Part shown: positions 1-13,400 of the stretch, piece by piece
How positions within the stretch are numbered: the first letter of the stretch is position 1
Layout of the letters: every line of letters starts with the position of its first letter
Assembly (NCBI RefSeq): GCF_009834535.1
Contig: NC_045697.1
Location: 44,146,001-44,210,000 of the forward strand
Length of the DNA stretch: 64,000 bases
Direction: 5' to 3'
Source of the DNA: Camelus ferus
Lineage: Eukaryota
The notes under the pieces: model-generated
Databases searched by the model: none
Told to the model about the DNA's origin: nothing
What the model saw: only the letters and a program-made list of their open reading frames with translations
Made by a program: the position numbers and the translations under genes

Positions 1-1184
1 AAGGAAAGAACTAACTAGATGGATGGTTAGGATTCAGTAAGTTAAGTGGGAAGTCACAAACAAAAGCAAAGATTCAAAGGCAGGAGAGCAGATAGTAGAG
101 AAGATCAGACAAGAGGAATGAGAGATTAATTAAATCCAAAGGACGGATTTACAAGTGACATAATCAAAGGTCTGTTATCTGGGAAGATTAATCTGTAGCA
201 TATTGTAAGGATTGGAGGAGAAAAGATGAACAATAGGCCTGCAATCATACAGCAGTTCAGTGTGAAAAGAAGAGTTCGGCAGAGTAATGGCACTGTAAAA
301 GGAAGAAATAAATCCAGGGAATTTAAGAAAAGATCAGTACCTAGACCTGAGGAATGAATACTAGAGGCCAGAGGCAGAGTTCTGAGCCTGCTTAATAGGA
401 GGAGAGCAAACCTCCTATTTGGGAGCCCTGTAGAGAAATGAAGCTCCAAACCAGTGGCAAGACCTGAGTGCTTATATACTAGTTTGAACAAAGAATGGCA
501 GTTGTGGAAAAGTAACTAAAATATGTAGGGAGACTGGAGAGAAATAATTTTTATTTAACAAGGTTTGTTTGTACAGATTTTTCCTGGTCTGCACTCCCAT
601 CTCTGGTGAAAAAAATGTTTCTTTCCTCCCAGTGGAGGGAGAGCAGCTCTCATAGGGGAGTTTCATCTCCTTTCAGAAAGAGGTCAGATGTCTTTCTTGC
701 TCCTACTGTCTTTTGGTATTCTTTAGCTCAAAATAATTCTTATGACAAATGGCATATTTTGGAGTGGCATATTCTACTACCTTTTAAAACTTAGAGCCTA
801 GACTAGAAGGTGAGGCAAATACGTATAGCTAGTAGTTGAATCAAAAGAGTTACCTGTGTATGTAGTATATACCGAGGGCATTCCGGATAGCACAGGTGAC
901 ATTTGCCCGGGCCTTGAAGAGAAGTTGTGTTGCGTATGTGGAAGTTAGTAACAACAAATAGGTGAGAAACTGGGGCCACAGTAACTAGGACATTTTATGT
1001 AGAAGGTGGGTGGTGTGAAGAGGAATAATTGATAGCTGGGGTCACACTGGAGTACGGGAGGGCGTATCAGCGAATTGCATCGTGTTTAGGCCACAGTACT
1101 TTCCTTTCGCGGGTTTGCAGTAAGCATGTTTTGGGGCTGCATCCTCGTGGTTTGAGCTGATGTAGTTTATTTGTTCTGTTCTAG

Positions 1185-1421
1185 TTCGGAGGCAAACTGG
1201 TTACTTTTGCAAATGTCAGACCACAGCCTCAGCAGGGGGTCGAGCCGCAGGCGCTGCAGAACCACGTGTTCATTAGTCAGGTGGTGACTGAGAAGGAATT
1301 CCTCCGCCGCTCCGACCAGCTCCAGCAGGTCGTGCAGTCGCAAGGATTCGTCAGTTACTGTCAGAAAAAGATCGATGCTTCTCAGACTGAGTTTGAAAAA
1401 AACGTGTGGTCCTTTTTGAAG
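1185..1421 (+). CDS. SEC31A: SEC31A exon (237 nt, phase 0/0) FGGKLVTFANVRPQ...EKNVWSFLK
   Basis: ttgttctgttctag|TTC ... TTGAAG|gtaaag; 79 open codons. Confidence 0.95.
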
Positions 1422-4400
1422 GTAAAGTCGGTATTAAACCATTTTATTTCATTATCTGCACATTCAGCTACTCCCATCATACTCTAAATCTGTCTTCCTG
1501 TCAAAGAAACAGTGGGAAGCATGGGATTTCCGGGATCTCATGATGGAATTAAAGAAACCTTATGAAGAGCACATGAGCTAACACTTTATGTCAAGAGTTC
1601 TTCTTAGCTTTGAAAAGCCTAATATGAAAAACTTTTTTAAAAAGCAAAAAATGGTATAATAAATGTTTTAAAGTGAGAGAGACATAACATTCAGCAGACC
1701 TATTTTAAAATTAGAACATAGAGCTTAGTATAATGAATACAATAGAGTATGTAATTTTTGAAGTAGATCTGGTTAGGGAAAATGGTAAAAGAGGGAAAAT
1801 GTGTAGGGGTGAGAGGTTGTAGGCATTTCTCATCCTTTTTACTGAGTTGCATTTATGACAGAATAACAAATAGAATTTTCTGTTTGGTCATTTTACTTCC
1901 CCTAGAATGTCTGTTTCTCAATTCTGAATTTTCCAAAAAGTAAATACAGTAAGGTTAAATTTATTTTTATATTTGGTGAGTAAGTATTAGTTTTAAAAAA
2001 GAGTTTTAAGACATTGAATGTTTCACATAATGTGAGTTTTGCATTCATATAACCTTTGGACATGACTTTGTTTTTACAAAAATTAGTTTAAAAGTAAGCT
2101 TTAGTCAGCCGGGAATATTAGTTACTAGTACACTTACTATTTAAAAAAAAAAACTTCTTAAAAAAATACTATTCTTTGGTTCTCTTACAGTGAACCTTCT
2201 AGTTGATATAGTAGACTTTAGATATTTTAACCATTCTACTTGGAATTTGAGCAGTTAATTAAAAATTAGGCCTTTAAATGCAGGTCTTTGTTTCAAGAAT
2301 ATGTCTTTTTTAAAAGGTAAACTTTGAAGATGATTCTCGTGGAAAATACCTTGAACTTCTAGGATACAGAAAAGAAGACCTAGGAAAAAAGGTAAACTTT
2401 GGGGAAAGTTTAAAGGCTGTCCTTACACGGGTGAAATATTTATGTAGCATAGGTTTTTTGTTTTTTTTTTTAAGTTCTCACAAATTATTTCAAATCATTC
2501 AATAAACATTTAATAAGAGTTTGTGCTTGGTAGCCAAAGTTTTGGATCCATGTTGTTAAACATGAAACTCCTCATTACACCTGGATTTAGGAGCTGCCAG
2601 AACCACCTTTAATTCAAACTTGTTTTAAAGAGCTGTATTAGGGAGTATTGGGCCTTGAAAGAAGAGAGGCTGTGAACCTGAAACACTGTGGAAATAACAC
2701 TTAGATTTTTAAGAGGATGTATAACCAATGGCCCTGGAAGAAAGAGAGAGGGAAACTGTTCGTGATCACCTTGCATTCACTACAGTTTAAGTGATGAAAA
2801 ATAAGGTACTATTTCAAGCTCTCACAATTTACCACCCTAGCTGTTTATGCCTTCAGCTGGTAATTCCCAAACTGTGTATTGAATTGATCCAGCTCATTAG
2901 TAACTGATAAATATTTTGGAACAAGGGTAATTTATTGTACTGAACCTGAACAAACAAAAAGCTCAAGTGATTTTCTTAGCATTTTAACTTAAAAAAAAAA
3001 AGATCCCTGTTTAAAAACAGGAGGTCGTATTCCAGTTTTACAGTTTTCTTCTCAAAGAGGGATTTAATAATTATTCCACATGGTTGACATGAACAGCAGT
3101 AAAAACACTCTGACTATGGAAACCTTGAAGGAAGTATTTTAGATTCTGAGCATAACCTGTATTAGCCCTTTGTCATTGTTTAGAAATGACTAGAGTTTTC
3201 TACAGTTGTAGGCTTATCATGTATATGGAATAGTACTGAGCACGGTGAAGATTAGTGCTCCTTTGATGTCAGACAGACCTGGGGTCACATCACAGCCCCC
3301 ACTGCTTACTGGCTACGTATCTTTGCTCACTCTTTTAGATTTTTTTATATTTAACTTTATTATTAGTCTAAACTTCTTGATGCTATAACCTTTTTTTGGT
3401 TTGCAAAAGATTAGTATGAAACTTTACATATCCGATAGCAAAAAATGAGAAAATACAATTTGTCAAAATACTTCTAATAGCAGTTCTTTCCATAGTGAGT
3501 CCCTGAAGAAATATTTTTAAAAGTTATAGTTATCTTACTTGAAACAAAGTAGAAGAAGATATGCTTGTTTTGAGGTTAGTTTGGCAGTAGATGACATGTG
3601 AGCAGTAGAACTCCACATGATTGAAACTAGGACTATTGAGAATCTGTACAAATTTTCTTCTTTTCTTAAACATTCAATCCCTGATCTGAACTTCTTTGGA
3701 TTTTTGCCAATGAGAATGGAGTAAGAGGTGAACGATTGCTATATGGCTTGAAATAGAATTCCATTTAGTAGGTGAATTGGGTTTTTTTATTTCAGATTGC
3801 TTTGGCCTTGAACAAAGTGGATGGACCTGATGTGGTAAGAGAAACCCTTTACAAATAACTACCTTCTGAAATTTTGATTTAGGTCATAAGGAAATGTAAT
3901 TTAAGAAATTTATTTTATTGCTTTACAGTTAGAAAAAATACTGACTATAGGAATTTTAATACAAGAATAATTCTCATTTTAAAATAGTGTAAGTTTTACC
4001 TGGTAGATTATTATTTTCTCTTGACATTATTTGAATTTTGCAAAAGAGTTAAAATGAAATCAATGACTGCTCAGATACTTCAGGTTAAAATCTTGGTTGC
4101 TCAGGGATATTTGGTAGGAAAGAAAGGATAGGTCTTAACAGTAATTACTCTCTGCTTTTGCTCTAATGGTGTTTCTCAAATAAATTAGTTGCTTCTTATG
4201 AATGTTGTTGGTTGGGTCTTTTGTCTTCTTTGTTCACTAATAACCTTTTAATGCAACTTTCTTCAACTCCTCCTGTAATTGTTTTGTGTACCAAAGGCTC
4301 TTAAAGACTCTGACCAAGTAGCACAGAGTGATGGGGAGGAGAGCCCTGCTGCTGAAGAGCAGCTGTTGGGAGAGGTATTTATTTTTTTCATTTTCAATTA

Positions 4401-7400
4401 CATTGGGGAAATATATGATATTTGTTTATCTCACATTGAAATAATGGAAAATTTTCTTGACTACTTGTTCCAAAATAAAGCTGGAGTTTACTTTCTTAGA
4501 GATTCTTAGGGTAGGAGTCCATTTACTAGCTTGATGGAGGTATCATCTCTAAAATTTTTAGTTCTCTGACCTAGCTTCTGAATTATGTGGTTTAAAATTA
4601 ATAGTTGATGTGAGATTGACTTAACTTGGTCACATTGCCTTCTATGTAAAGTTAGTATTTTTTCTTGGCACGTTAATATTTAGGGCTCACTAGCAGTGGC
4701 ATAGGCTTCTGAATTAATTTTGAACTTTTGAGTTTAAGTAAAGAATGTTTCACTAAATAAACGGATTATTATGATTTACTATTAATGTGTCCTGAGTTCT
4801 ATCGACAATTTTTATAACTAGTTAAAAAAGAGTCCTTGAACACAGAGTTGTGTCATTCTTTTTTTCCTTTGAATTTTCTGAGTTTTTTTTTAAAACACTA
4901 GTAATTCTATAATTTACTTTTCTTGCTTTCTAAATTATATTTCGTCTTGGAAAATTAATCAACAAGTACTTATTTCTCATCTCATATTTGATTTTTTCAT
5001 TTTTCTTTGTGATTTGGGGTTATCCTGACTATGTAAAGTTTCTTACGGTCTTTTACCAAGTTATAAAAATAATTAATCACTAAATTTAGACTACTACAAG
5101 ATTATTATTAAAAACATTTTCCTTAGAAGTAGATCTCACATTTTATTTAGCCTGAGAATAAAGGAGATGGGTAAAGTCTTACTAAAAATTTGAACTAATT
5201 TTGGGAATACCTAGACAGAATTATAAGGAAATGTACTTTTATTTATATACAACTGGATTAACTATTGTCCAGTAGAGGGCCATTTGGAAATACACTCATG
5301 AATTAAATATATAGGTAAATATGTATTTAACAGAACAGCAGTTACTGATATATGCTTTCAGAATATTTGAAAAAATATTGTTTAAGGTCATGATATCTTC
5401 CCCTTTATCTTGATAATGCTATTTGTTATAAAATAAAACATAGTAGCTTACACATTGAAGATACCCAACACATAATAAATTGTGTATTTTTGACTTTATG
5501 TATGTTTCAGAAGTCCATACATAAAGGTTTATTAGTAGTTTTTAGAAAGCAAATTTTAACAATCATTAAAAGAAGGAAAAGGGTTTTTTGGTAAGTTTGT
5601 TAGGGAATATAATCAGATCAGTATCTGATTTTATTACCTAATGTGAATAACTTAAGTTTAAAAAAATTTTTATTACAGTTCTCGATTCTAAAATGTTTCA
5701 TTGGGGAAAGAATTAACGCTATAGTTATTCTCTTATAATGGTCAATACTGGCTAATTAAACATTATTAACAGATGATCCTGTGTTGTGCTTTACACTAAA
5801 ATTACCCAATTCAAAAATGCTCCTGGCTTTGGATACTAAGTGCTAACTTTCAGATGTGTAGGTAACACAAGCACAGAAGATAGGTATTTTATCTCATGTA
5901 AAACTTTTTTTTTTAATTTCTCTATAATCTCGTATATATTTTATTTTTCATCTTCTGTAGAATTTTTATGCATAGAACAGAAAGCATTTAAAGTATTTGC
6001 CAGCAGTATGTCTCCATTATATTTCTTTTCTTCTAAAGAAAAAAAATATTTATTTTTACTCAGTCTTACAAGTAGTCTCAGAAAGTTATAGCAGAACTGT
6101 GTATATTCTTACCAGACCAACCTGCTGTTCTAGACATGACTATTTTAAGAGAACACAAAATCTATAATTTAATGAGTATATTTATAAATAATCTGTTTAT
6201 ATTTCATTTATGTAAGGATGCATGTGATTTTTTGTTTATGACTGAGTCAATTAAAACAAAAAAGTTCTATTATAACTATACTTATTAGACAAATTTTTAG
6301 ATCTATAGAAGTGAGGTTTTAAAATCTAAATATGGTGTCATTAAAAACATATTTTGTATGTTTCAAGGCTACTCTTAGTTGAAGTATCTACGAAAACAAA
6401 GATTCCTCAGCCTCAATAACTTCTGAGCTACCAGTAATGGACATGTACACTTAAGTTTATTTCTGATGACTTTTATTTATGATTATATAGTGAGAGTTAA
6501 TACTTAGGGAAATTATGGATCTTAGTGTAAACTTGAATCTGAGAACTTTTCTGAAATAACTTGCCATGTCATCTAGTCAGTAGGTGAATAATCATACATA
6601 AATTTTGTTTTGCTGGTAAATTATTCCAGTTTCATTCCAGCTAAATTGCTGCCCTTTCCATCTTTAGCGCACTGAAGAGGAAAAGCAAGAATCTGAATTT
6701 CTACCATCAGCTGGAGGAACATTTAACATCTCCATCAGTGGGGGTATCTGTCGGTTTCGATTTCTAATTTTTTTAACCATCTGAAAGCAAGTAGTCCCTA
6801 AGCTTAAGTTAGAAACATTTTGTTACAGATGGTAGATTATTGAAAAGAACTCAGTTACCATTTAGCATATGTAATCAGTACCTTAAAAATGATAGTATGA
6901 TCTAACCCTGTGTGATAGAAACTGTATAATGATCTTTATTACTACAGTTTAAACACTCTGGAAAATACATTACTTTACCTAATTTTATTTCCATACATCT
7001 CAGTATATTTTCATAGATATCAAGAGCTTATATTAGAAATTAATCCACCAGTAATATTTGAGAATGAGCATGTGTTCTCCATTGTATGTGTGTGTAAAAA
7101 TTCATAGGTGTAGTGTTTTTTTCTTATAACAAAACTTTATTTAACTTAGGTATATTATTTCTTTATTGCAGATATTGATGGTTTAATTACTCAGGCTTTG
7201 CTGACGGGTAACTTTGAGAATGCTGTTGACCTTTGTTTACATGATAACCGCATGGCTGATGCCATTATATTGGCTATAGCAGGTGGACAAGAACTCTTGG
7301 CCCGAACGCAGAAAAAGTACTTTGCAAAATCCCAAAGCAAAATTACCAGGGTATGTTATTTTTAAAATAGATAAACAATAACACATTTGTAAAATAGTAT

Positions 7401-10400
7401 ACTTTTACTATAGATAATAGAAATGCAGAAAACAGTAAAGAACAAAAAAACTACCCATAATTCCTTGATCCAAAAGTAGTTATTGCTGATAGCTTGGTAT
7501 AATTACTTCAGATTTTGTTGTTACATATGTATTTTTTTCAATGAAGAATACCTTTCATATTTTCATTGTAGAAAAGTTAGAACATAGAAAATGTTAAAGA
7601 TAAGAATTTTAATATCCCATAATTCCGTCAGATTCGTGCATACTCTTTTGTACCTCTTTCTATGTATTTGTAGAATTTTTAAAAACAGAATGAAGATTAT
7701 ATATGTATAGAGGGGTGGGTGTATAGCTCAGTGATAGAGTGAGTGCTTAGCATGCACGAGGTCCTGGGTTCAATCCCCAGTACCTCCATTAAAAAAAAGA
7801 AAGATTATATATGTATAGTTTTACTTACAGATACTGTCACTTACATTGTAAGCATTTTCCCATATCGTTAAAGAGTCTTAGCAAAATTTCAATTGCTCTA
7901 TAATATTCTATAAGTAGGGATATATTATTTCCCTTATTTGGGGATATTTAAGTGGTTTCTGATATTTTCCTAATATAGTTAAGATCCTGATAAACATCCT
8001 TGTGCCGAAAGATTTGTGTGAATTTCTAATTGTTTCATAAGGCTGTAGTTCTTGGAAAGGAGTTTCTGGTACAGAGGGTCTGTACATTTTTAAGCTTACT
8101 AATACTACATTTCTTTCCATAAAAGTTGTCCCAGTGTTCCGTGCCAGCAGCTTTGGTTGCTGTCAGTTTCCCAGGCTGTCTCAGTGTCACTCCCTCCCCT
8201 GCTGTTGTTTAGCCACACTGGCTGCCTTCAGTTCCTCACACACTCCATGTGCCTTTCTCTCTCAGGACTGTGCCCCTAGTGATCCCTTGGCCAGGAATGT
8301 TTTTTCCTTTCTTGATGAAATTAATTCTAACTTCACATCTCAAATGTCTGTATGCTCAGAAAGTTTTTCCTGATCCTTCAGACCAAGTCATGTCTTCCTG
8401 TTCAATGTTTTAGTTACACCCTATACTTTTCGTCTCAGCATTTTATAAAATATCTTAGTGTGATTCTTTTTTTTTTTTTTTGAGGAAAACTGATACTGTC
8501 TTTTATGTCATTTGATTCAAGAATACACTTCAGTTTGCTGCTGCTTTTATTCTATATGAAACGTTGAATAGTAGTTTTGAAAGAAATGATTGATTAGCCA
8601 GAGTTAATTTTTATTAATGCACCAAAGGCTTTTAATTCTCCCTTCATTTTCCTTTCCCAAGCTAATTACTGCAGTAGTGATGAAGAACTGGAAGGAGATT
8701 GTTGAGTCTTGTGACCTTAAAAATTGGAGAGAGGCTTTAGCTGCAGTACTGACTTACGCGAAACCAGATGAGTTTTCAGCCCTTTGTGGTAAGAAAATGA
8801 GCTTTATATTATATTATGTATATGGCATGGACTATTGCAAATAAAATTAATGACAGACTTTATGAGAAAATTTTTTAAGCCTTCTAATCACAACAAGAAA
8901 ACAAAGTTCTCATTTGAATGCTTTTCTCAGAATTACTAACTACATTGCTTCTCCATACCTATTAGTCATTATTTTTAATAGTATTATTTAATGATATTGG
9001 TTTCGGACAGACCAAACTTGGAATCTTGCCTCTGCCACTTTATTAGCTGTACACCCTAGGAAAAATTAATTCCTAAGCCTTAGTATGGTCATATGTAAAA
9101 TGACACATAGTCAGCTCTTATAAATGTTAATAAATGTTACCTTGATAAAATTAATAATTATAACATGTGAGTAGAAATTACCATTAAAGGCCATGACTAA
9201 ACTGATAACTAGGGAATAAAACTCATTTGCAAAAGCAGAAGCTTTATGCTGCTAGTATAAAAACAAACAACCATTTGCTTCCTTGAAACTATTATGAGAA
9301 TACAGGATTATAGGATATTAACTTTATCATCATAAACAATTTATAGTAGTGCTAGCTACCATTGATGTTTATTCCAAATGTGCCATATTTTAGTCCACTG
9401 CTCACAAAAGCATCTGATGTGATGAAGTGCAGTTAAATGTTCATTAGAATTTTTCTGTTCAAGTATTGTTTCCATTATTAATTTTTTCTAATATAATGAA
9501 TGGAAATCCATTCTACAACTAGGTATAGAATCTTATGAAATTGTTTATTATATCGGTTTTTCACATGCTTCCCCTCATGTAACAAAAAATATTTACTGAA
9601 CATTTACGTCACAGTGATTTTGTTTCTACCTGCCACTCATTGGTTATAAAGTTTAATCCATCTTCTGAAAATATTATTGGGCTGCTCATGACCTCATGTA
9701 CAGATTGCCTTGTGTGTAATTTTGTTTTCCTCTTGATCTATAGACCTTTTGGGAACCAGACTTGAAAGTGAAGGTGATAGTCTCCTGCAGACCCAGGCAT
9801 GTCTCTGCTATATTTGTGCAGGGAATGTAGAGAAACTAGTTGCATGTTGGACTAAAGCTCAAGATGGAAGCAACCCTCTGTCCCTTCAGGTTAGTGTCTT
9901 TGATACAAAAGGTGCTTCCTGTCTCCTTATATTCTAGAAATTGATTTGTTCCAGAAATTCATTGCTTTCACCCTCCTTAATTACATTTTAGGAGTTCTTT
10001 TGTTGAATTATGTGTATTTATTGCTATCTGTGGAGAGGCAGTTTGAGATGATGGGACAGTAAAATAGGAATGCAGCTGTTTGTGAAATCAAAGTTGATAT
10101 GGTAGTTTATTGGGGAAGGTAGATGGCAAGAGCATGATAACAGCCCTAGAGTTTAACCTTTTCCTCCTGCCCCTTTCTCTGCCTCCAGGGATGCTGTCTG
10201 CCTGGGCAAAGATAGAAGCAATGTAGGGTGAGGAAGGGGAGACATTCCTAGTACAGTAGACATGGTTCAGGGAAAATGAAAGAAGTAAATGGAATCTCAT
10301 GTAGCACTAATACACAGGCAAGAGAGGAAGTAAAAAATATGGGGAATATTCTCAGGTTCTGAGAACTATAGATGTAGATTTTTTTCTTTCTAAGCATTTA

Positions 10401-13400
10401 ATCAGCAAGCTGCAAGAAATTTCAGTCTAATATTTCTTTTTATCTCTGGAAAAAGAGTTTCCCAGTAAAGTTCTTGCTTTAAAAATCACTGTTGAAACCA
10501 AAAATCTTGTAGGAATCAAGGTTTTCCTTTTATTTTTGTTTTGTTTGTTTTGTTTTGTTTATTGTATCATTTACTAGTTTTGTTAATTTTGCTAGGTTCA
10601 TGGACAGTGTTGCCTTTAGGGGGAACTAGGTAAAGGGAACAGAGTTTTCTTTGCTATCTTGGTAATTCTTCTGTAAATCTAACATTCTTTCAAAATAAAA
10701 AGCTGAAGGAGCACTAACTTACTATCTTCAGGGTTGAAACATTTGATGACATACTCATCGGATGAGAGCCCCAGTGCTGCACATTCTCACCAGCACATGG
10801 TTTGGAAGGTTTTCCTTTTAAGTGCTTCTGAGGGAAAACAACTTGTTTCACACATCTGGATTTGTGTACTTATGAGGGGCAGTTGGGATATTCTTGTACT
10901 TTATACCTGAAGCATAGGTCCCCATTGTTGAAAGAATTGGCATTGAAGAACAACATGAGAAACTTTGGGTTGAAATACTAAGCCTGTTTGGGGTCACCTC
11001 TCAGTGGTACTATTTTTATTTTTGTATACGTAAGTATGTTTCCTCTTACACCTGCTGCAACCCAGTATCTGCCTTCAGATCTCTGCCTCTCCCCATCACT
11101 TGGGATACTTGCCTTTTTTAGCTCACGAGTATCTGGCAGCTTAAGGATGTTTAGGAAAAGGTGGTAACCTATGTTTTATCTATGAGTAAGAGGATACCTA
11201 CTTTTTCAGTTACCTCAGTAGTGGCCAAGTCTTCCAGACCTTTTTAAGATTGGTGATAATACTATATAGTATGTAGTATGTGGAAGGTACCGCACTTTTT
11301 GTAGACTTTGGAACTGTCAGTAACTCCTGATCTTTTCCTGACTCCTCTTAGTACACATCTTGGTGTCATTGTCTGTTTCTCCTTCACCCTCCCTTCTTTT
11401 TCTCATTTAGGATCTGATTGAGAAAGTTGTCATCCTGCGAAAAGCTGTGCAACTCACCCAAGCCATGGACGCTAGCACTGTAGGAGTTCTTTTGGCTGAG
11501 AAGATGAGTCAGTATGCCAATTTGTTGGCAGCCCAGGGCAGTATTGCTGCAGCCTTGGCTTTTCTTCCTGAAAACACCAACCAGGTAATTAGAACTAACC
11601 ATTTTTCTTCTTTCAGTGTATGAGAAAGGTAAGTCCAGTGGATAGCTCAGTATTAAACATAACATGTACTAGAAGGTGGAATATTTTCGAGCAGTTGAAC
11701 TTCTGTCACCTGACTGTAGGTGAATATTATTGACAATTCTTCAAAGATCATTTTAAGTGTATCCAGGCTGTGTCAGAGGGATGGGATGCTCTTACAGTGT
11801 GATAGATGCCTTTGTACTGAAGGGCATGGTATTTGAGGAAAATAAATGAGAAAAGGACCACCTTTTTGTTTCTTAAGCCAAATGCTGACTCTGCACAAGA
11901 TTATTCGTAGGAATCTTCTGTGTTAAAAAGCTGTAAATGTTAATACTTAAACACACTGGGGTTGTGATTTTAAAATTCCCACAAGTGGCAGCCCAGATAT
12001 TAGTGAAGTTGTTCATTCTCTGTGCCATTTCCGTCTGATACTGTCTGTGTGCAAGTATATTTTTAAAGTATTCAAGGCAGAGGGAACTACATTACATTCC
12101 TAACTTAGTGTCCTTATTTGGTGTGCAGTAAAACTCAGTCTTTTTCATGATATTTGTTTCAGTTCAGTAAGTGACTAAATATATAGTGATAAATAAGATT
12201 GCCAGGATCCTTTGCCTGGAGGAGTTTCCAAACTCAAAATGACAGCAGAAGTAAACATGGTATTCCAACGTGATAAGGACAGTGATAAAGCTAGTAGTGC
12301 TGTGGGGGCACAGAGGAGGGGAATTCAGTAACGGGGAGGGTGTAGCTCAGTGGTATGGTGTGTGCTTAGCGAGCACAAGGTGCTGGGTTCAATCCCCAGT
12401 GCCTCCATTAAAGTGATAGATAAATAAATAAATAAACCTAATTATCCCCTCCCCAAAAATTAAAAAATAAAAAATATAATTTTTACATAAAATATATAAA
12501 ATATAAAAATAATTTTTAAAAAATTTTGAAAACCGGTAACAGAGCATGGGTGGAAGCTAGTGTGGGTGTGAAGACAGTTTTCCATAAGTAAGATATTTTT
12601 ATCTGCATTGTGTGTCTGCCAGAGCTTAATTTTGAGCCTTATATTGTTTCTATACTTTTTATTCTAAACTTTATTCTGTTTTTTGATAGATTTTTTTTAG
12701 TTAATTGTTTTCAGGATTGTATCTGTTCTAGGGAATTACCAGTACATTTCACTGAGTAGTTTCATTGAGTAAAATACTACCTCTGTGTTCCAGGACTGTG
12801 GAGGTGTGGTTCTCTGCTTGGTTTTGTGTACACTTACATGTAGGATCCACCTCGAGTCCCCTTAGATTGTTAATGAGAATATTACAGTAGAAACATAGTC
12901 TTTATCTTTATGATGATTTAGGCATATTAGTTTTATGTGATTTTTCACTTAATAAGATCTCATTATTATATTGAGATATAAGGGCCTTTATCTTAAGACT
13001 AACTTAATATAAGACTTTAGATCTTCCAGCCTTAGAATTAAACTCTATTTTCACTATCATTTATGACCACATGTATTTTCTATACATTATTTTTCATGCT
13101 CTTCTTCAGACTTTTAAAGAACATTCTTTATGCAAAATTCATAATTTTAGTGTCATTTCTTCCTGTATATCTCAGAAGACCCTTAGTATTTTCTGAGGAA
13201 TATGTCCTGAGACTTTGTGACATCATTGTAGTCTATAATTCCCCTCCTTAAGGCAAGTTTACCTAAGTATACCCAAAAAGTTTAAGTGACATCTTTAAAC
13301 TTTTAATGAATGTATAGAAATTTATAATTTTTATAGATATTAAGATGAATTCTTGCTGAAACATTTTAACACATTGCTTTTTGTTGTTGTTTGTTAATAC

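Noticed and set aside
126..491. 121-aa minus-strand ORF
   Set aside because: Antisense of purine-rich intronic sequence; Leu/Phe-biased; no recognisable protein or gene structure.
7711..7790. Possible tRNA genes (also at 12333, 28090 and 56264)
   Set aside because: A-rich tails, TSDs on two copies and degenerate stems indicate SINEs, not tRNA genes.
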